This document shows, piece by piece, positions 1 through 11,932 of a DNA stretch of 64,000 nucleotides; positions within the stretch are counted from its first letter, which is position 1, and each line of letters opens with the position of its first letter. The stretch comes from Podarcis bocagei (taxonomy: Eukaryota): NCBI GenBank assembly GCA_964188305.1, contig OZ076892.1. The stretch is one strand, 5' to 3'. The position numbers were made by a program, and so were the translations under genes. The notes under the pieces were generated by a model that worked only from the letters and a program-made list of their open reading frames with translations, ran no database searches and was not told where the DNA came from.

Positions 1-202
1 GAGGTTTTCGCACCTTCCTCCAGTAGGCCGGCCGAAGCGAGCAGCGATGGGATGTGGGAGGGAGCTCGCTCGCCGCCCCGCGTGTGCTCGCCGCTGCCGC
101 CCCGCCTCTCGCCGCCCGACTCGCCCGCCTCCCTCCCACGGAACACAAGGCAACGTTCCGCGGCACACTAGTGTGCCGCGGAACACCGATTGGGAAACAC
201 TG
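1..202. mobile_element. End of a GC-rich non-autonomous hAT-type DNA transposon (cut by window edge)
   Basis: Ends in TTGGGAAACACTG (reverse complement CAGTGTTTCCCAA, a hAT-like TIR) followed by CTCTAGAA, a Charlie-like target site. Confidence 0.6.
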
Positions 203-708
203 CTCTAGAAGGTTGCAGGGGAAATCCAGAACAGGTTTAGGAGCATGCAGGGTGACATGCGAGAGTGAGGATGATGGAACTTAAGTCTTGGAGCTATGCT
301 GAATTCTCATTAAGTCCAGAGTCCACAAATGACCTACAGCACCGCTGCCAGCACTAAAACACACCGCGCTTACCTGACCTTTATATAGCTGAGTCCATGC
401 CTTTAGCAAGGACTTCTGCATGCTGGTGGGATGCTTGTGTGAGACAGGGACCAAGTCCTAGCATGTACCACTGAAGGTGGTTAGGTGAACATGGAGGCAG
501 TCATCATACCTTGTGTCAGAAATGTTTTGGCTATTACTTTGTTTACAGAAAACACACACATGAAGCAAAATACCCTTTTGAAAGCACATAATTGCTTCTG
601 GGCTGCAAAACTGCATCTGGGTTCATATATTGCTAATTTGCTCCAAGCAGTTGATTTATTAATAGAGCATTCTAGAAATTTGCATATAACTGTGAATGCT
701 TTTTATAT

Positions 709-710
<2 letters not shown>

Positions 711-790
<80 letters not shown>
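711..790. repeat. (TG)n(GA)n compound microsatellite
   Basis: Read directly; a similar tract occurs at ~13252-13311. Confidence 0.95.
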
Positions 791-796
<6 letters not shown>

Positions 797-1430
797 GAGA
801 GTCACCTGGGGTATTTTATAGCAAGGCGGGACTGAAATCTTCTTAATAAATAATAAAAGTATACAACTTCATTCTCCACTTCAGCCTTCCCCCATCTGGT
901 GCCCTCCAGAAATTTGGAACCCTGATTCCATTCAAACCCAGCCAGGACAAATTTTGCTGGGAAATGTGCACTATATTTTCAAAGCACACTTGCACCACTT
1001 TAAACAGGTGTGGTTTCTTGCAAAGAATTCTGGGAACTGTAATTTATTAAGGGTGCTGAGAGTTGTTAGGAGACCTTTAGTCCCCTCACAGAATTATGAT
1101 TCCCAGAATGGCTTAATGATCAATTCCCCTTTCCAGGAAATTCTAGTAATTGTAGCTCTAGGAGGCCCATTGAACACTGTGAGACTGCCAAGTAAACAGG
1201 CATAGGATTGTACTGTTTTTATTTGTGGATGTAACAGAAAGAAAGGAGAGAAAAACAAATAATAATAAAAGAAGAGTAATCAACAACAACAACAACAAAA
1301 CCATTGCCAGCTGGCATTAACAAGAAGAACCACCAATCCTGATCTAAATGCAGAAATTAATATAGGCAGTCCAAATATCCAAAGAGGTACCTAAATGAAA
1401 TTGATAATTATAGGCCATGCATTTAGTTAA

Positions 1431-1745
1431 TAATAGTAGTAATAATAAATAATTATTATTTATATCCTGCCCCTCTGCCTGGGTTTCTCCAGCCAATCTG
1501 GGCGGCTTACAGCACATATAAAAACATAGTAAAACATCGAACATTAAAAACTTCCCAATGCAGGGCTGCCTTCAGATATCTTCTAAAAGTTGTGTAGTAC
1601 TTTATCTCCTTCACATCTGATGTGAGGGCGTTCCACAGGGAGGGTGCCACTGCTGAGAAGGCCCTCTGTCTGGTTCCCTGTAACTTCACTTCTTGCAGTG
1701 AGGGAACTGCTAGAAGACCCTCGGAGGAGGACCTCAGTGAGGGCA
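1431..1745 (-). mobile_element. L2-clade LINE 3' fragment
   Basis: Minus-strand LRSSSEGLLAVP...RAFSAVAPSLWNAL...FRRYLK is the L2 ORF2 C-terminus, followed by a short 3'UTR and an (ATT)n tail. Older L2 pieces at ~2870-3100, 27720-27810 and 55960-56195 (+). Confidence 0.75.
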
Positions 1746-1989
1746 GTGAGATCTTCAAACCACTGGTAGCAGATAGTGGGTGTTTGTCCTTCTGCCCTTG
1801 AAGAATAATGATGGCCGACAAAATGAAAACAAAGTTGTGATAAACCCAGTAAGCCCTGAAACAGAGAAGGTTCTCATGTGTTCCTGACAGCCATACTGCT
1901 GATGGTGAAAGGATGCACAGATTTAAGTGGAGCACAGGAAGCTGTCTCCTACAGGCATGCAGAAATCCCAGCATGGCAGCTGATTTTTG

Positions 1990-2182
1990 CGGGACACAGG
2001 AAGCTGCCAAGGAGACAACTCATTGGTTCATCCAGCTCAGTATTGACAACTACACTAATCGGCAGCAGCTCTCCAGGGCTTCAGGGAGAGGAGTTCTTCC
2101 CAGCCCTACCTGGAGATTCCAGGGATTGAACCTGGGATATTTGTATGCAAAGAGTGTGCTCTGACATTGAGTTATGGCCCTT
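1990..2182 (-). mobile_element. tRNA-derived SINE (Squam3-like)
   Basis: Reverse complement of the 8455-8643 element. Further copies at ~14443-14620, 19668-19838, 25787-25872, 30290-30500, 43846-44040 (-) and 48865-48990 (+). Confidence 0.7.
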
Positions 2183-5100
2183 TCCTTGGGGGAGAAAGTG
2201 GTTCTTTAAGCATCTTGGCCTTCAGCCTTCTATGGCTTTAAAGGAAATAAGAAGCACTCATTGTGGAAATAGGTGGCAGTAAATCCATCCCAAGTCCCTG
2301 TCTTAAAAAGAAACTCGTAAAAAAAAATAGTAGGTCTTCTTGGGATGTGAGATTTATAACCATGGGAAATGAAAAGAAAATGAGGATAGCAGATTGTTTT
2401 GGGTTGGTACAGAGTGTGTGTTTGTAGTTAGTGATCTTGAGACCGAAATAGAAAATTGTACCTGATTGATTTAAAAAGCGGATTCTGAGAAACGGAGAGG
2501 AAGGGCCTATTAATTAAAAAATGCATTCAATTCTGCCTAATGGACACAGTTTTGCAAAAACAACTCCCCCTAATCATGTGCATGTTCTTTTCACTAATAC
2601 ATGGATTTTACTGCACATTTTACCCCAGTATATGCATCTTTATTTGTGTGACTTGGCTGGAGAACAACACTGCAAAATTCAGAGAAGTGAGAGTCTGTTT
2701 TGGTTCATGTATTGTTTCAGAAAGTGAGGATTTTTCTAGAGTTGCTTTTAAATGCAAGCTCCGTCAGATTTCTCCTCCACCCCTACATTGGACCGGCCGT
2801 GATCGCTGCTCTGAAACGTTAATCACTATTCTGTTCAACAGCCCTCTTTTGATTAATGTCCCTTGCAGGCCAAATATGGTGCCAACACATCTCTACCTGC
2901 ATTGTCTTCCTATTACCTTCTGGACATAGTTCAAGGCACTGGCTTTGAACTATAAAACTGCAAAATGCCTTGGCCTAATGTTCATTAGAGACCTCCATCT
3001 TGGCTGTGCTTTACAGTGACCTTTAAGATCAGCCAAGAATGCTCTCTTCTTGACAACACAATTTGTACACTGGGAGATGAAGACCAGAGCTATAGCTGTG
3101 CGGCAAAGCTGATATTCCACAGCCATTTCAGAATTTATAGCTTACACTTTATATTTTAATTCCTGGAATTAAAAGGAAAATCATTCTGGCAGTATTCTTT
3201 CCCATCACTAAGTAAAGTTAACTTGCTCCCACCCAGGGATGCCAACTTGAATAAAATATTGAGGGGTGGGGGTGGGGAGGTAAGCCCCACCCCGCATAAT
3301 CGATCACGTGATGCTGTGCACACGAGGGGGCTGAAGACCCCTCGCCCCCCAGGAGTTGGTTCCTATGCTCCCACCTTCCAAACATCAAACAAAAGAGTTG
3401 CATCTAATGTTAGTCCTACTTAAACACATGACTAACATTAAATCTCAATGGGTCAGAAGATTCAGCTAACCTGGTGCACTAGGGAAAGCCAGGGCAACAG
3501 GCACAACAGGACTTCCACTCTCTCCTTCCCCCCATGTGCCACCCACCCACACCCCCAATCTGCTCTGGGGAGTCAGGAGAATCTCCAGAATAGTGCTGGG
3601 AGGGAGAAGAATTGGAGGAATTGGGTGGATTTCAACTCCCATTAGCCCCCGCAAGCACATCCATTAACTTGAATGGGTCTACTCTGAATAGGATTAGCAT
3701 TGAACACAGCCCAGTGTGCACAAGGTCTAGTTCAGCCCTGACTTTGTAAGGAGTTAAAAGCAAACACGTTCTAGGAATGAGCCAACAGCAGGAGTTACCC
3801 GCCTTGTCAACCTGGTCTGATGAATGCTGCTGACCACACAGGCAGATAAAGCAGGTCATCATCTCAAACGCTCCTTATTAATTTCAAGCAGAATAAGAGC
3901 TGGCAGGGGGTTGGGGGGCAAAGGGCGCCTAAGACTTGCAATAAATACTGGGACGCCAAGCAGTGAAAAATCCAAACTGTGACTCCATTGTTTGCTCATG
4001 TCATCAGCATCCGTAGAAGCAGGTCATGACTTTGTCCTCTTTGCAGCTGGGGAGCTGAGGCTGCTGGAAGCGGCTTGTCCAAACAGGCCACTCTGGCATT
4101 TGAACCTTAAGGCCAATTATCTAGCCTAGTGATGGGGAGCCTTGGGCACTAGGGGTGTGGGAAAATGTGACTCTCCAGACCACTGCAACTGTCCTCAGGA
4201 CTCTCTGCAGGCAATGGTCCCTTCCAGGCCACACTTCTCACTAGCCCTGTTCCTGCCCAACTAGTGGCAGACTTTGGGCTTTCAGTGGCACCCCCTGCAA
4301 TGCCAAAATTCAGCACCCCCCCTCCTCTCCCCTCCTATTGTTCATCATTGTTGCAGCGCCCTCTCAGCTTGGCACCCAGACTGGGCGAACCAGTCAAGCT
4401 CTCTTCAATCCTCCTCTGATCCAACTTTGAGTGTCGTGGCACTATGACAATGCCTCTTGCCTGCTTGGATGAATGGATAGAGACGTGTTAGCATAGAAAC
4501 CTCTGTTTCCTACATGGCTGGAATATAGATTATTGTACAAAGCTAAGTGACACATCTGTGCCCCCCGCCACCCATCCATTGCCCCACAAGATTGGCACAA
4601 GTGGCTTGCTTTGATCACCATCCAATTCCTTTTGGTAGCGAAGCTGGCAAGGAAAATGAGTGTCATCTTTGGAAGCAGGAAAGGGGAGGGCACTAATGGA
4701 GTGTGAAAAGAGGGGATGCCTTATGGCACTATCCAATGCAGAAGCAGCAGCTAGCCTGATGCCAAGCTGAGCTGCTGGGAAATCTCCCCAGAGCTTTTCA
4801 ATTATAAATAAACTGGAGGGAGCTTTGAGCAGAGGTGAGGGGAAAACACAAGCAAATGGATATAGTGCAAACATCTTGATCCCTAACAGCCTCTCCCTGT
4901 CCTGCAAATGAACCAATGTTTCCTTCTCAAGAGAATGATTTTGTTGTGAAACCCTCTTGCGCAAGATCTGTCAATCTTGCGCTTTGACACATTGTGAGCT
5001 GGTGTGGTGCTCAATGAGGCAGCAATTTGACATCCTCTTCGGTGATCTTCACTCATGTGTTCGACCAAGCAAACTGATTACTTCATCACAGCGGCAGTGG

Positions 5101-5732
5101 AAGGAACAAAGGGACAGGAGGGGAGGGGAGGTGGGTGAAAAAGGTGAAAAGGAACTTTCTGTGGTCCATGCATAAGAAGAGCTTTTTTGGGTCAGGCCCA
5201 AGGGAAGGGAAGGTGTGGCTCTCCAGATGTTGCTGGAATACAAGCTCCCATTATGGTTGACCATTGCCCATGCTAGGTGGGGGTGGGGAGATCCAATGAA
5301 AAATGCTAAGGAAGGGCACTGGGCAGACCAAAATTTATCCCCACTCCCCGGTGTTCTCACTGGTTGGTTGGGCCTTTTGGAATGCCTGACCAAAGACTGC
5401 CGGCATTGGCCAAATACCGTAGCTGGCAGCTGGGCGATCCAACCTGCCATTCGTAGGGGCACCTGGCATGGCCCAAGGCCTGGCCACAACACTGCCCACT
5501 ATAGAAAGTGAGTGGACTTATCGCTGACCATTGCCCATGCTAGGTGGGGCTGGGGGAGAGCTTGAGTCCAGCAGGTACCCCACCTAGCTTACCATCCTGC
5601 CTCTCAGAGTGGCCAACCAGATGCTTCCAGGAATCCTGCAAACAGAGCTTGAAGTAAACAGCCTTTTCTCACTGTTGTTCCCAGTGACTGGACATATGAA
5701 CAAAAGAATCTGCCTTACTAAGGATCAGACCG

Positions 5733-6612
5733 TACTGGAAATTTAGGTGCAACTTGGCTGCTCAGAGGAATTTGCATGGATTAAGACACATAGAGTAAGT
5801 GAGCTTTCTAGACTATCCCTGTACCTTTAGCTCCATGCTGACTTCTGCTTATCTTTTTCATGTTCAGATTGATATTTCTTAGGCTGCATCCCATTGACAC
5901 CTTCCTGTTCCTCTTCACATACTTTTATCTGGACCTTGAGGTGAGAGGCCTTTCTTCTGGATTTCTCTTCTGAGGACACAGCAGCAAACATAGCTGTTGG
6001 GAATCTGAATACATGCAGCTACACACACAGAGTCAATTAGGGTTTGGCCGACAACCAAGGCAATGTGAAGGAGTAAGTCTGCCTGGTGATGCAAAGGCAT
6101 GGAGACAGCTCCATGATTGGTCAAGCTCTCTCACGGGAATAATGATTAATGGCCTACTAACTGGAATGTGTTAGTACCAGTTTGAGTGTAGGAGTTGTGA
6201 TTCGTGTAGGAGAGAGCTAGCTGAGATCCGTGTTCTGTTTTGTTCTTGTAAATAGTCCACTGTATATAATAAACACCTAACTACAAGTTCCTGGTTCCTG
6301 CTTCGTCCATCCTGTCTGCAGCCAAGTTGCCAATTGCTTTCGTGGACTCTGTGTTTACTCTGCTAGGTCTGGCTAAGGTCCTGCAACAAATCAGAAAGTT
6401 GTGAAACACCAATAGGTTTTCTCTATTTTTCAATTAGTTACCTAGGACTATAAAACTCTTTCCTGTCAAGAAAGTACTTCGTTTCATAAACGTAATCTTG
6501 CTTGTTTTATACCAAGTCACAGTCTGAAAACCTTTCAGCTAAAGGGGTGTTCCAAGCAAGGATTCATTTAACTAAAGTTAGCTTCTGCTGCTGCATATAA
6601 AGGCTGTTGACA
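5733..6612 (+). mobile_element. Solo LTR (family A) inside a Squam3-like SINE, interrupted by a second LTR
   Basis: 5733-5994 plus 6417-6612 match the reverse complement of 10194-10644. Flanked by GACCG/GACCA; SINE halves at ~5695-5732 and 6613-6770. Confidence 0.7.
5995..6411 (+). mobile_element. Putative solo LTR (family B) nested in LTR A
   Basis: TGTTGG...CA ends, internal AATAAA (~6268), imperfect TSD ATAGC/ATAGG. The right boundary is uncertain (alternative end CAACA at ~6388). Confidence 0.5.
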
Positions 6613-6849
6613 GACCATTGCCCTATCTAGCTCAGTACTGACTGCACTGTCTGCATTGGCTCCTCATGGCTTCAGACAATATTCATTTCCAGCCTTATCT
6701 GGAGATGCTGAGGATCAAATCTCGGACCCTCTGCATGCAAAGCAGATAGTCGCTATGCTATGGCCCTTCAGGGGTATTCAGCAATATGCTTCCTCTGCAC
6801 GTGGAGGCTCAGCTTGGCTGTCTTGACTAAAACCGCTTGACATACCAGT

Positions 6850-7490
6850 CCTACCTCTTAAAAGCCATTTGTGCTAGGGCCCATCATCACACCTCTTCTC
6901 ACTGATTTCCATAAATCATCTGTGCATTGTGTGAAGCTGTACGCTATTCTTTCTGTCATGACTCTACTGCCAATCAATTTCCCTGCAAGGAGCTCAAGTG
7001 ATTGATGAGGCAGGGAGAAAAAGGTCTCCTTATGCATGTACTCCACAGTGGCATGCATCATTTTCTAAACCCTTCAACATATTTATTTCCCCACTAAGCT
7101 AATGTTCTAAACTGGGGGTAGCCAAAGTGCTGCACTCAGGATGTGGCTAGACTACAACTCCCATCACCCTTGACCGTGCTGGCTGAGGCTGGTGGGAGTT
7201 GGAGTCCAACGACATCTGGAGGGCAGCACAATGGCTAACCCTGTTCTAAACCTTTTGACATCTCTCCCCACCCCTACCCCAAAACTAACGTTCCAGATCT
7301 TTAGGCTTCCCTTTGGGGAAAGTCCAAGAATCCAACGTCTGTCAGATGATCCCTATTAATATATTTGTTCACAATGCTGAAGAGGTCCACGAGTTTGGCG
7401 AGACAAGATTTCCCTCTGCAGAAGCCATGCTGATTCCTTCTCAGCAATTCTTCTATATGCTTGATAATCATTCTCTTAATTTCAGGCATT
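6850..7490 (-). mobile_element. Degraded CR1 LINE fragments
   Basis: Minus-strand IIKHIEELLRRNQHGFCRGKSCL (CR1 RT, QHGF motif) and KLIGSRVMTE...SFTQ...LWKS (CR1 C-terminus), split by a MITE. Confidence 0.65.
7113..7243. mobile_element. Palindromic hAT MITE
   Basis: 8-bp TSD TTCTAAAC (7105-7112, 7244-7251); ACTACAACTCCCATCA...GGGAGTTGGAGT fold-back. Confidence 0.75.
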
Positions 7491-7698
7491 CAGTTATGAG
7501 TGTGTTTGTGTATGTATATAGGGCCAAATAGCTCTGCCCATGCACAAAGGGAAGGCACCAGCAAGCACTGGGAGATTTGTGAAGTAAAAAAAGAAAAGCC
7601 AGAGGAGGAGAGAGAAAAACCTTAGAGGGGGAACCTGCAAAACAACAGCCCAAAGCATATTCTCATTGACCATGGGATGCCAACTGCTGTGGTGTGTG

Positions 7699-7744
<46 letters not shown>

Positions 7745-8454
7745 TACTATTTATACCCCGCCCATCTGGCTGGGCTTCCCCAGCAGAACTATAATGGAAG
7801 AGTGCATGGATAACTGATGGGAAAACAGTGAATAGGAATCCTCCACGGTACAACATTTTGTTGCAGTAGCCACCTATTCTATCTCTAATCCTACTTTCCA
7901 CCAGTTTCTCAGGAAGGAACAGCTATTAAGCTAACTGAGTCACGTCCACACCATTCGTTTAAAGCTCATCTAACATGCATTTAAAAGCACATGGCTTTCA
8001 CCAAATAATCATGAGAACCATAGTTTGTTAAGGGTCCTGGGCACTGTAGCTCTGTGAGGGGTAAACAACAGTTCCCATGATTCTGTGCAAGAAACCAAGC
8101 TCTTTATAAAAGTATAGTGTGGATATCACCTTGGCCTGTCATTTCCCAGATCCTTGCATTTAAAAAAAAAATCAAATTATGTAGACTCCCTTCTAATCCT
8201 CTATTCAGAGGCTGGTTTTAGTGACAACATGCATACTTGTGTGCGAAGATCAGCAATTTCAGATCTGAGTTCTTTCCTACAGAATTCTCAGCTGGTTCAG
8301 TGAACTGTCCAGTTTTAATTTGTTGATAAGCCCTGGCACTAGCTGTATCTATTTTACTCAGTTTTCAGATGCCCAGAAAAAGTTGGCTTAGTGCAGCAAC
8401 TGTCCTTCACCAAGAAGGCAGATGCAAAGAAATGAGCCAGTTTATCTCCAGTCT

Positions 8455-8643
8455 GGGCTGTAGCTCAGTGGCAGAGCATCTGCCTTGCATGCAGAAAATC
8501 CCAAATTTGGATCCCGACATCTCTGGGTAGGGCTGAGAGAGACTTCTGCCTGAAACCCTGTAGAACTGCTGCCAGTCAGTGTAGGCAATACTGAACTAGA
8601 TGGACCAATGGTCTGGCTTCCTATAAAGCAGGCTGCTATGTTC
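8455..8643 (+). mobile_element. tRNA-derived SINE (Squam3-like), near full length
   Basis: GGGCTGTAGCTCAGTGGCAGAGC A-box head, degenerate B-box, body ...CTGCCAGTCAGTGTAGGCAATACTGAACTAGATGGACCAATGG... and a GCTATGTTC end. Confidence 0.8.
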
Positions 8644-8663
8644 AATCTTCACCATGACTTCTA

Positions 8664-9011
8664 GTAAAGGTAAAGGGACCCCTGACCATTAGGTCCAGTC
8701 GTGACCGACTCTAGGCTTGCGGTGCTCATCTCGCTTTATTGGCCGAAGGAGCCGGCGTACAGCTTCCGGGTCATGTGGCCAGCATGACTAAGCCGCTTCT
8801 GGTGAACCAGAGCAGCGCACGGAAATGCCATTTACCTTCCCGCCGGAGCGGTACCTATTTATCTACTTGCACTTTGACGTGCTTTCGAACTGCTAGGTTG
8901 GCAGGAGCAGGGACCGAGGAATGGGAGCTCACCCCATCGCGGGGATTCAAACTGCCGACCTTCTGATCGGCAAGTCCTAGGCTCTGTGGTTTAACCCACA
9001 GCACCACCCGC
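8664..9011 (-). mobile_element. Sauria SINE (Squam1/POM-type)
   Basis: (ACCTTT)n tail, GGTACCTATTTATCTACTTGCAC core and a tRNA-like head GCGGGTGGTGCTGTGGGTTAAACC on the minus strand. Confidence 0.85.
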
Positions 9012-9119
9012 ACTTTTAATTCCTTTGCTGCTACTTCCTTTGTCTGCTTCTGATGTATGTAAATAAATTGTCATGTTTAATATTTTTAGCCATGTGCTCT
9101 TCAGATTCTTCTTTGCTTG

Positions 9120-9176
<57 letters not shown>

Positions 9177-9628
9177 GCCAGAGTTTGTCCTGCTTCCTGT
9201 TTTCCTCATTTTCCATTTGTTTCCATCCCTATAGCTGGACTTCTGTAGATACATGAAAGAAAGGCACTTTTCACTTGCAAATTATAACTGAGTCATAGAG
9301 TAGATGTTAAAATGAGACTGTCTGTTTACCTGAAAGTTCACTCCACTGAAATAAAAATAACCTACTTCAGAGAAAATATTTTCTAGAAGGGAGATCTGAA
9401 ACACACACACACAACGAAAGGTCTTGTGTCACCTTAAAGACAAACACGTTTATTGTGGCAGAAACTGTCTACTTCAGGAGTGGGGAATCTTCCTCACCCC
9501 AAGGATTGCTTTCCCTCATGGGCAACCTTCTAGGGAGAGCACTTGAAAGAGGTGGGAAGGGCCTCGGGCAAAACTGGGTATAGTATTGGCTGCGACTTTT
9601 ACCTTTGCACAATAATCTATATTCCAGC

Positions 9629-10143
9629 TGTCATTGACTTGTTGGACTCAGAGAAACAGTGGCAGGAACCAGTTGTGGAACCACCAAGAGAAGGCAGCTC
9701 AGAGCCCAAGGACAACAATAAGCGGTCAGAGAGGGAAGAGGGAGAAGATTGGGGAGGTAAGCTGGGAGAGTCTGTGGCAGAAGCCGAAGCCGAAGCAAGA
9801 GAGTGGAAGGATGGCGGCCAAGAGGAAAAGGTGAGTTGGGCTGGTGGAGAGTTAAGGGTGTCTGCTCCTCCTGCTGTGACAAGCTCCTCTCTCCCTTGTC
9901 TCCCAGAACCAGAAGAGGCATGAAAGGGCAGAGGAGAGGTTGGCTTCATGCAGGCACTGTCTCCAATTGCTTGGAAAAAAACCTGAAATTTAAACTGTTG
10001 TGGAGAGGCAGGGACTTTCAGTCTCAGCAATGGATGGGCATTTGTTTTTATACACTACAAGTGTTAATGAGCAACTAGTGTCAGGGTGTTTGGGTTATTG
10101 CCAATGCTGGCTCGTAAATTGGCCACTATGATGATAATCAACA
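9629..10143 (+). mobile_element. Putative solo LTR (family C)
   Basis: TGTCA...CAACA termini, near-TSD CCAGC/CCACC, purine-rich U3-like body. Confidence 0.5.
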
Positions 10144-10193
10144 CCACCTGTCCTTTTTTTGTGTTCCGTTCCCTCCAATCCACTCCAACCCTT

Positions 10194-10644
10194 TGTTAGC
10201 ATAGAGAGTTTATATGCAGCAGCAGAAGTTAATTTTTGTTAAACGAATCCATGCTTGGAGCACCCCTTTAGCTGAAAGGTATTCAGACTGAGACTTGGTA
10301 TAAAATAATTATGTTTATGAAAGGAAGTACATTCTTGATAGGAAAGAGTTTCATAGTGCTAGTTAACTATCTGGTTGAAGAAACAAAGATGCCATGTTTG
10401 CCACTTTGTCCTCAGAAGAGAGATCCAATGTGACCTCTTGCCTTGAAGTTCAGAGAAAGAAAGTGAGGAGGGCCAGGAAGTTGTAAACAGGCTGCAACTT
10501 AAGATGTAAACCATCTAAACATCAAAGAGGAAGAGAGAAGTCAGCATAGTGATAAAGGTAGAGGGGTAGTCTGGAAGTCCCTTCATCTATCCATCTTAAC
10601 CCATGCAAAATGCTCTCAGGAAGCTGTGTTGCACCCTTCCAACA
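10194..10644 (-). mobile_element. Solo LTR (family A), uninterrupted
   Basis: TGTTAG...CCAACA termini with a perfect 5-bp TSD CCCTT (10189-10193 and 10645-10649). Confidence 0.8.
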
Positions 10645-10690
10645 CCCTTTGTGCATATACACCTGCCAATTCAGAATTACGCTTTGTGGA

Positions 10691-10750
10691 TCTGATGAAG
10701 TGGACTACGGTCCCCAAAACCTTGTGCCACAATAAACACCTTCATCTTTA
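10691..10750 (+). mobile_element. Penelope-like element terminal repeat fragment
   Basis: CTGATGAAGTGGAC..GTCC..AAA..GCCACAATAAA..CTTTA, with a possible continuation CTTTAAGGTGTCACAAGACTC at ~11076-11097 and an inverted fragment at ~9420-9478. Confidence 0.55.
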
Positions 10751-11389
10751 GAGCATAGTATGCATGTGTGCTGGAGGAGGGTGGTGGGTCTTTTTAAGCC
10801 CAAGAGGAACATCAACTTGTGGGCAACCTTCCACTTGCCACATGCCGGGTTGGGAAGGAAGAAGGCAAAATTAAGTGGGGCAATGGATGTGAGTCTTATT
10901 CAGTAGGCTACACTCCAGCCATGCAAAAATCAGATGTTTTATCATACACACACAGACACCTCTCAATCCTCCATGTAGCCAAGCAAGAACTACAACCATA
11001 GCAGAAGGAAACTTTTGAACCAGGCAAAAGCACTCAAGAAGGGTATAGAGAAATGCCTGAGGTTCACCGCCCTTGCTTTAAGGTGTCACAAGACTCTCTG
11101 ATACATTTTTTTTGGGGTGGGGGGAGCAAATGCTTCAGATAAGAGCACCAATGCGAAATTAACCATTAATTATTTTTCAGAAACTGAGCATGTGATAATA
11201 AGACCTCTTGGCAAGGGCACTTTATCCTAACTCCCACCCCCATATCTATTCCCCCCCCCTGGTATTGTCAGTGATGGGGTCTGAGACCAGTGTTTTTGCA
11301 GAAGTGTGTGTGTTTGTGAAATGCCCAGTTTGGCTGAGGAAGAAAATCAGGTGAAGATGTGAACGAGGTGAGCTGAAGCATCCTTGGTA

Positions 11390-11615
11390 CAGTGGTACCT
11401 CGGGTTACATATGCTTCAGGTTACAAACTCTGCTAATCCAGAAATAGCATCTCGGGTTAAGAACTTTGCTTCAGGAGGAGAACAGAAATCATGCTCCGGG
11501 GGCGCGGCAGCAGCTGGAGGCCCCATTATCTAAAGTGGTGCTTCAGGTTAAGAACAGTTTCAGGTTAAGAATGGACCTCCGGAACGAATTAAGTACTTTA
11601 CCAGAGGTACCACTG
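11390..11615. mobile_element. Tc1/pogo (Tigger-like) MITE
   Basis: TIRs CAGTGGTACCTC/GAGGTACCACTG with TA TSD. Confidence 0.85.
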
Positions 11616-11796
11616 TATTGTCTTTGGGGAGCTGGTGCAGGCTTAGCAGCTGTGCGATCCGCTAATGGCAGTGTATATGCCTCCACTGACCCCTGCTTAC
11701 ATGCTTGTCAGTAAAGCAGATATCACAGAGGCAGCATAAATCATTATTTCTCTCCCAGCCAAATGAAACGAATGGTGGAGGCTGGTCCATTTGGGC

Positions 11797-11932
11797 CAGG
11801 CATAGGCAAACTCGGCCCTCCAGATGTTTTGGGACTACAACTCCCATCATCCCTGACCACTGGTCCTGTTAGCTAGGGATGGTGGAAGTTGTAGTCCTGA
11901 AACATCTGGAGGGCCGAGTTTGCCTATGCCTG
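11797..11932. mobile_element. Palindromic hAT MITE, young copy
   Basis: TIR CAGGCATAGGCAAACTCGGCCCTCCAGATGTTT and a perfect 8-bp TSD ATTTGGGC. Relatives at ~5195-5590, 12440-12577, 23454-23579, 24407-24540, 33930-34020, 47120-47435 and 48230-48350. Confidence 0.85.

Noticed and set aside
8455-8530. tRNA gene
   Set aside because: The tRNA-like head continues into a SINE body found in many degenerate copies; the B-box is damaged.
9543-10030. Acidic or Ser/Pro-rich ORFs on both strands
   Set aside because: They lie within a purine-rich solo-LTR-like element; compositional artefact.
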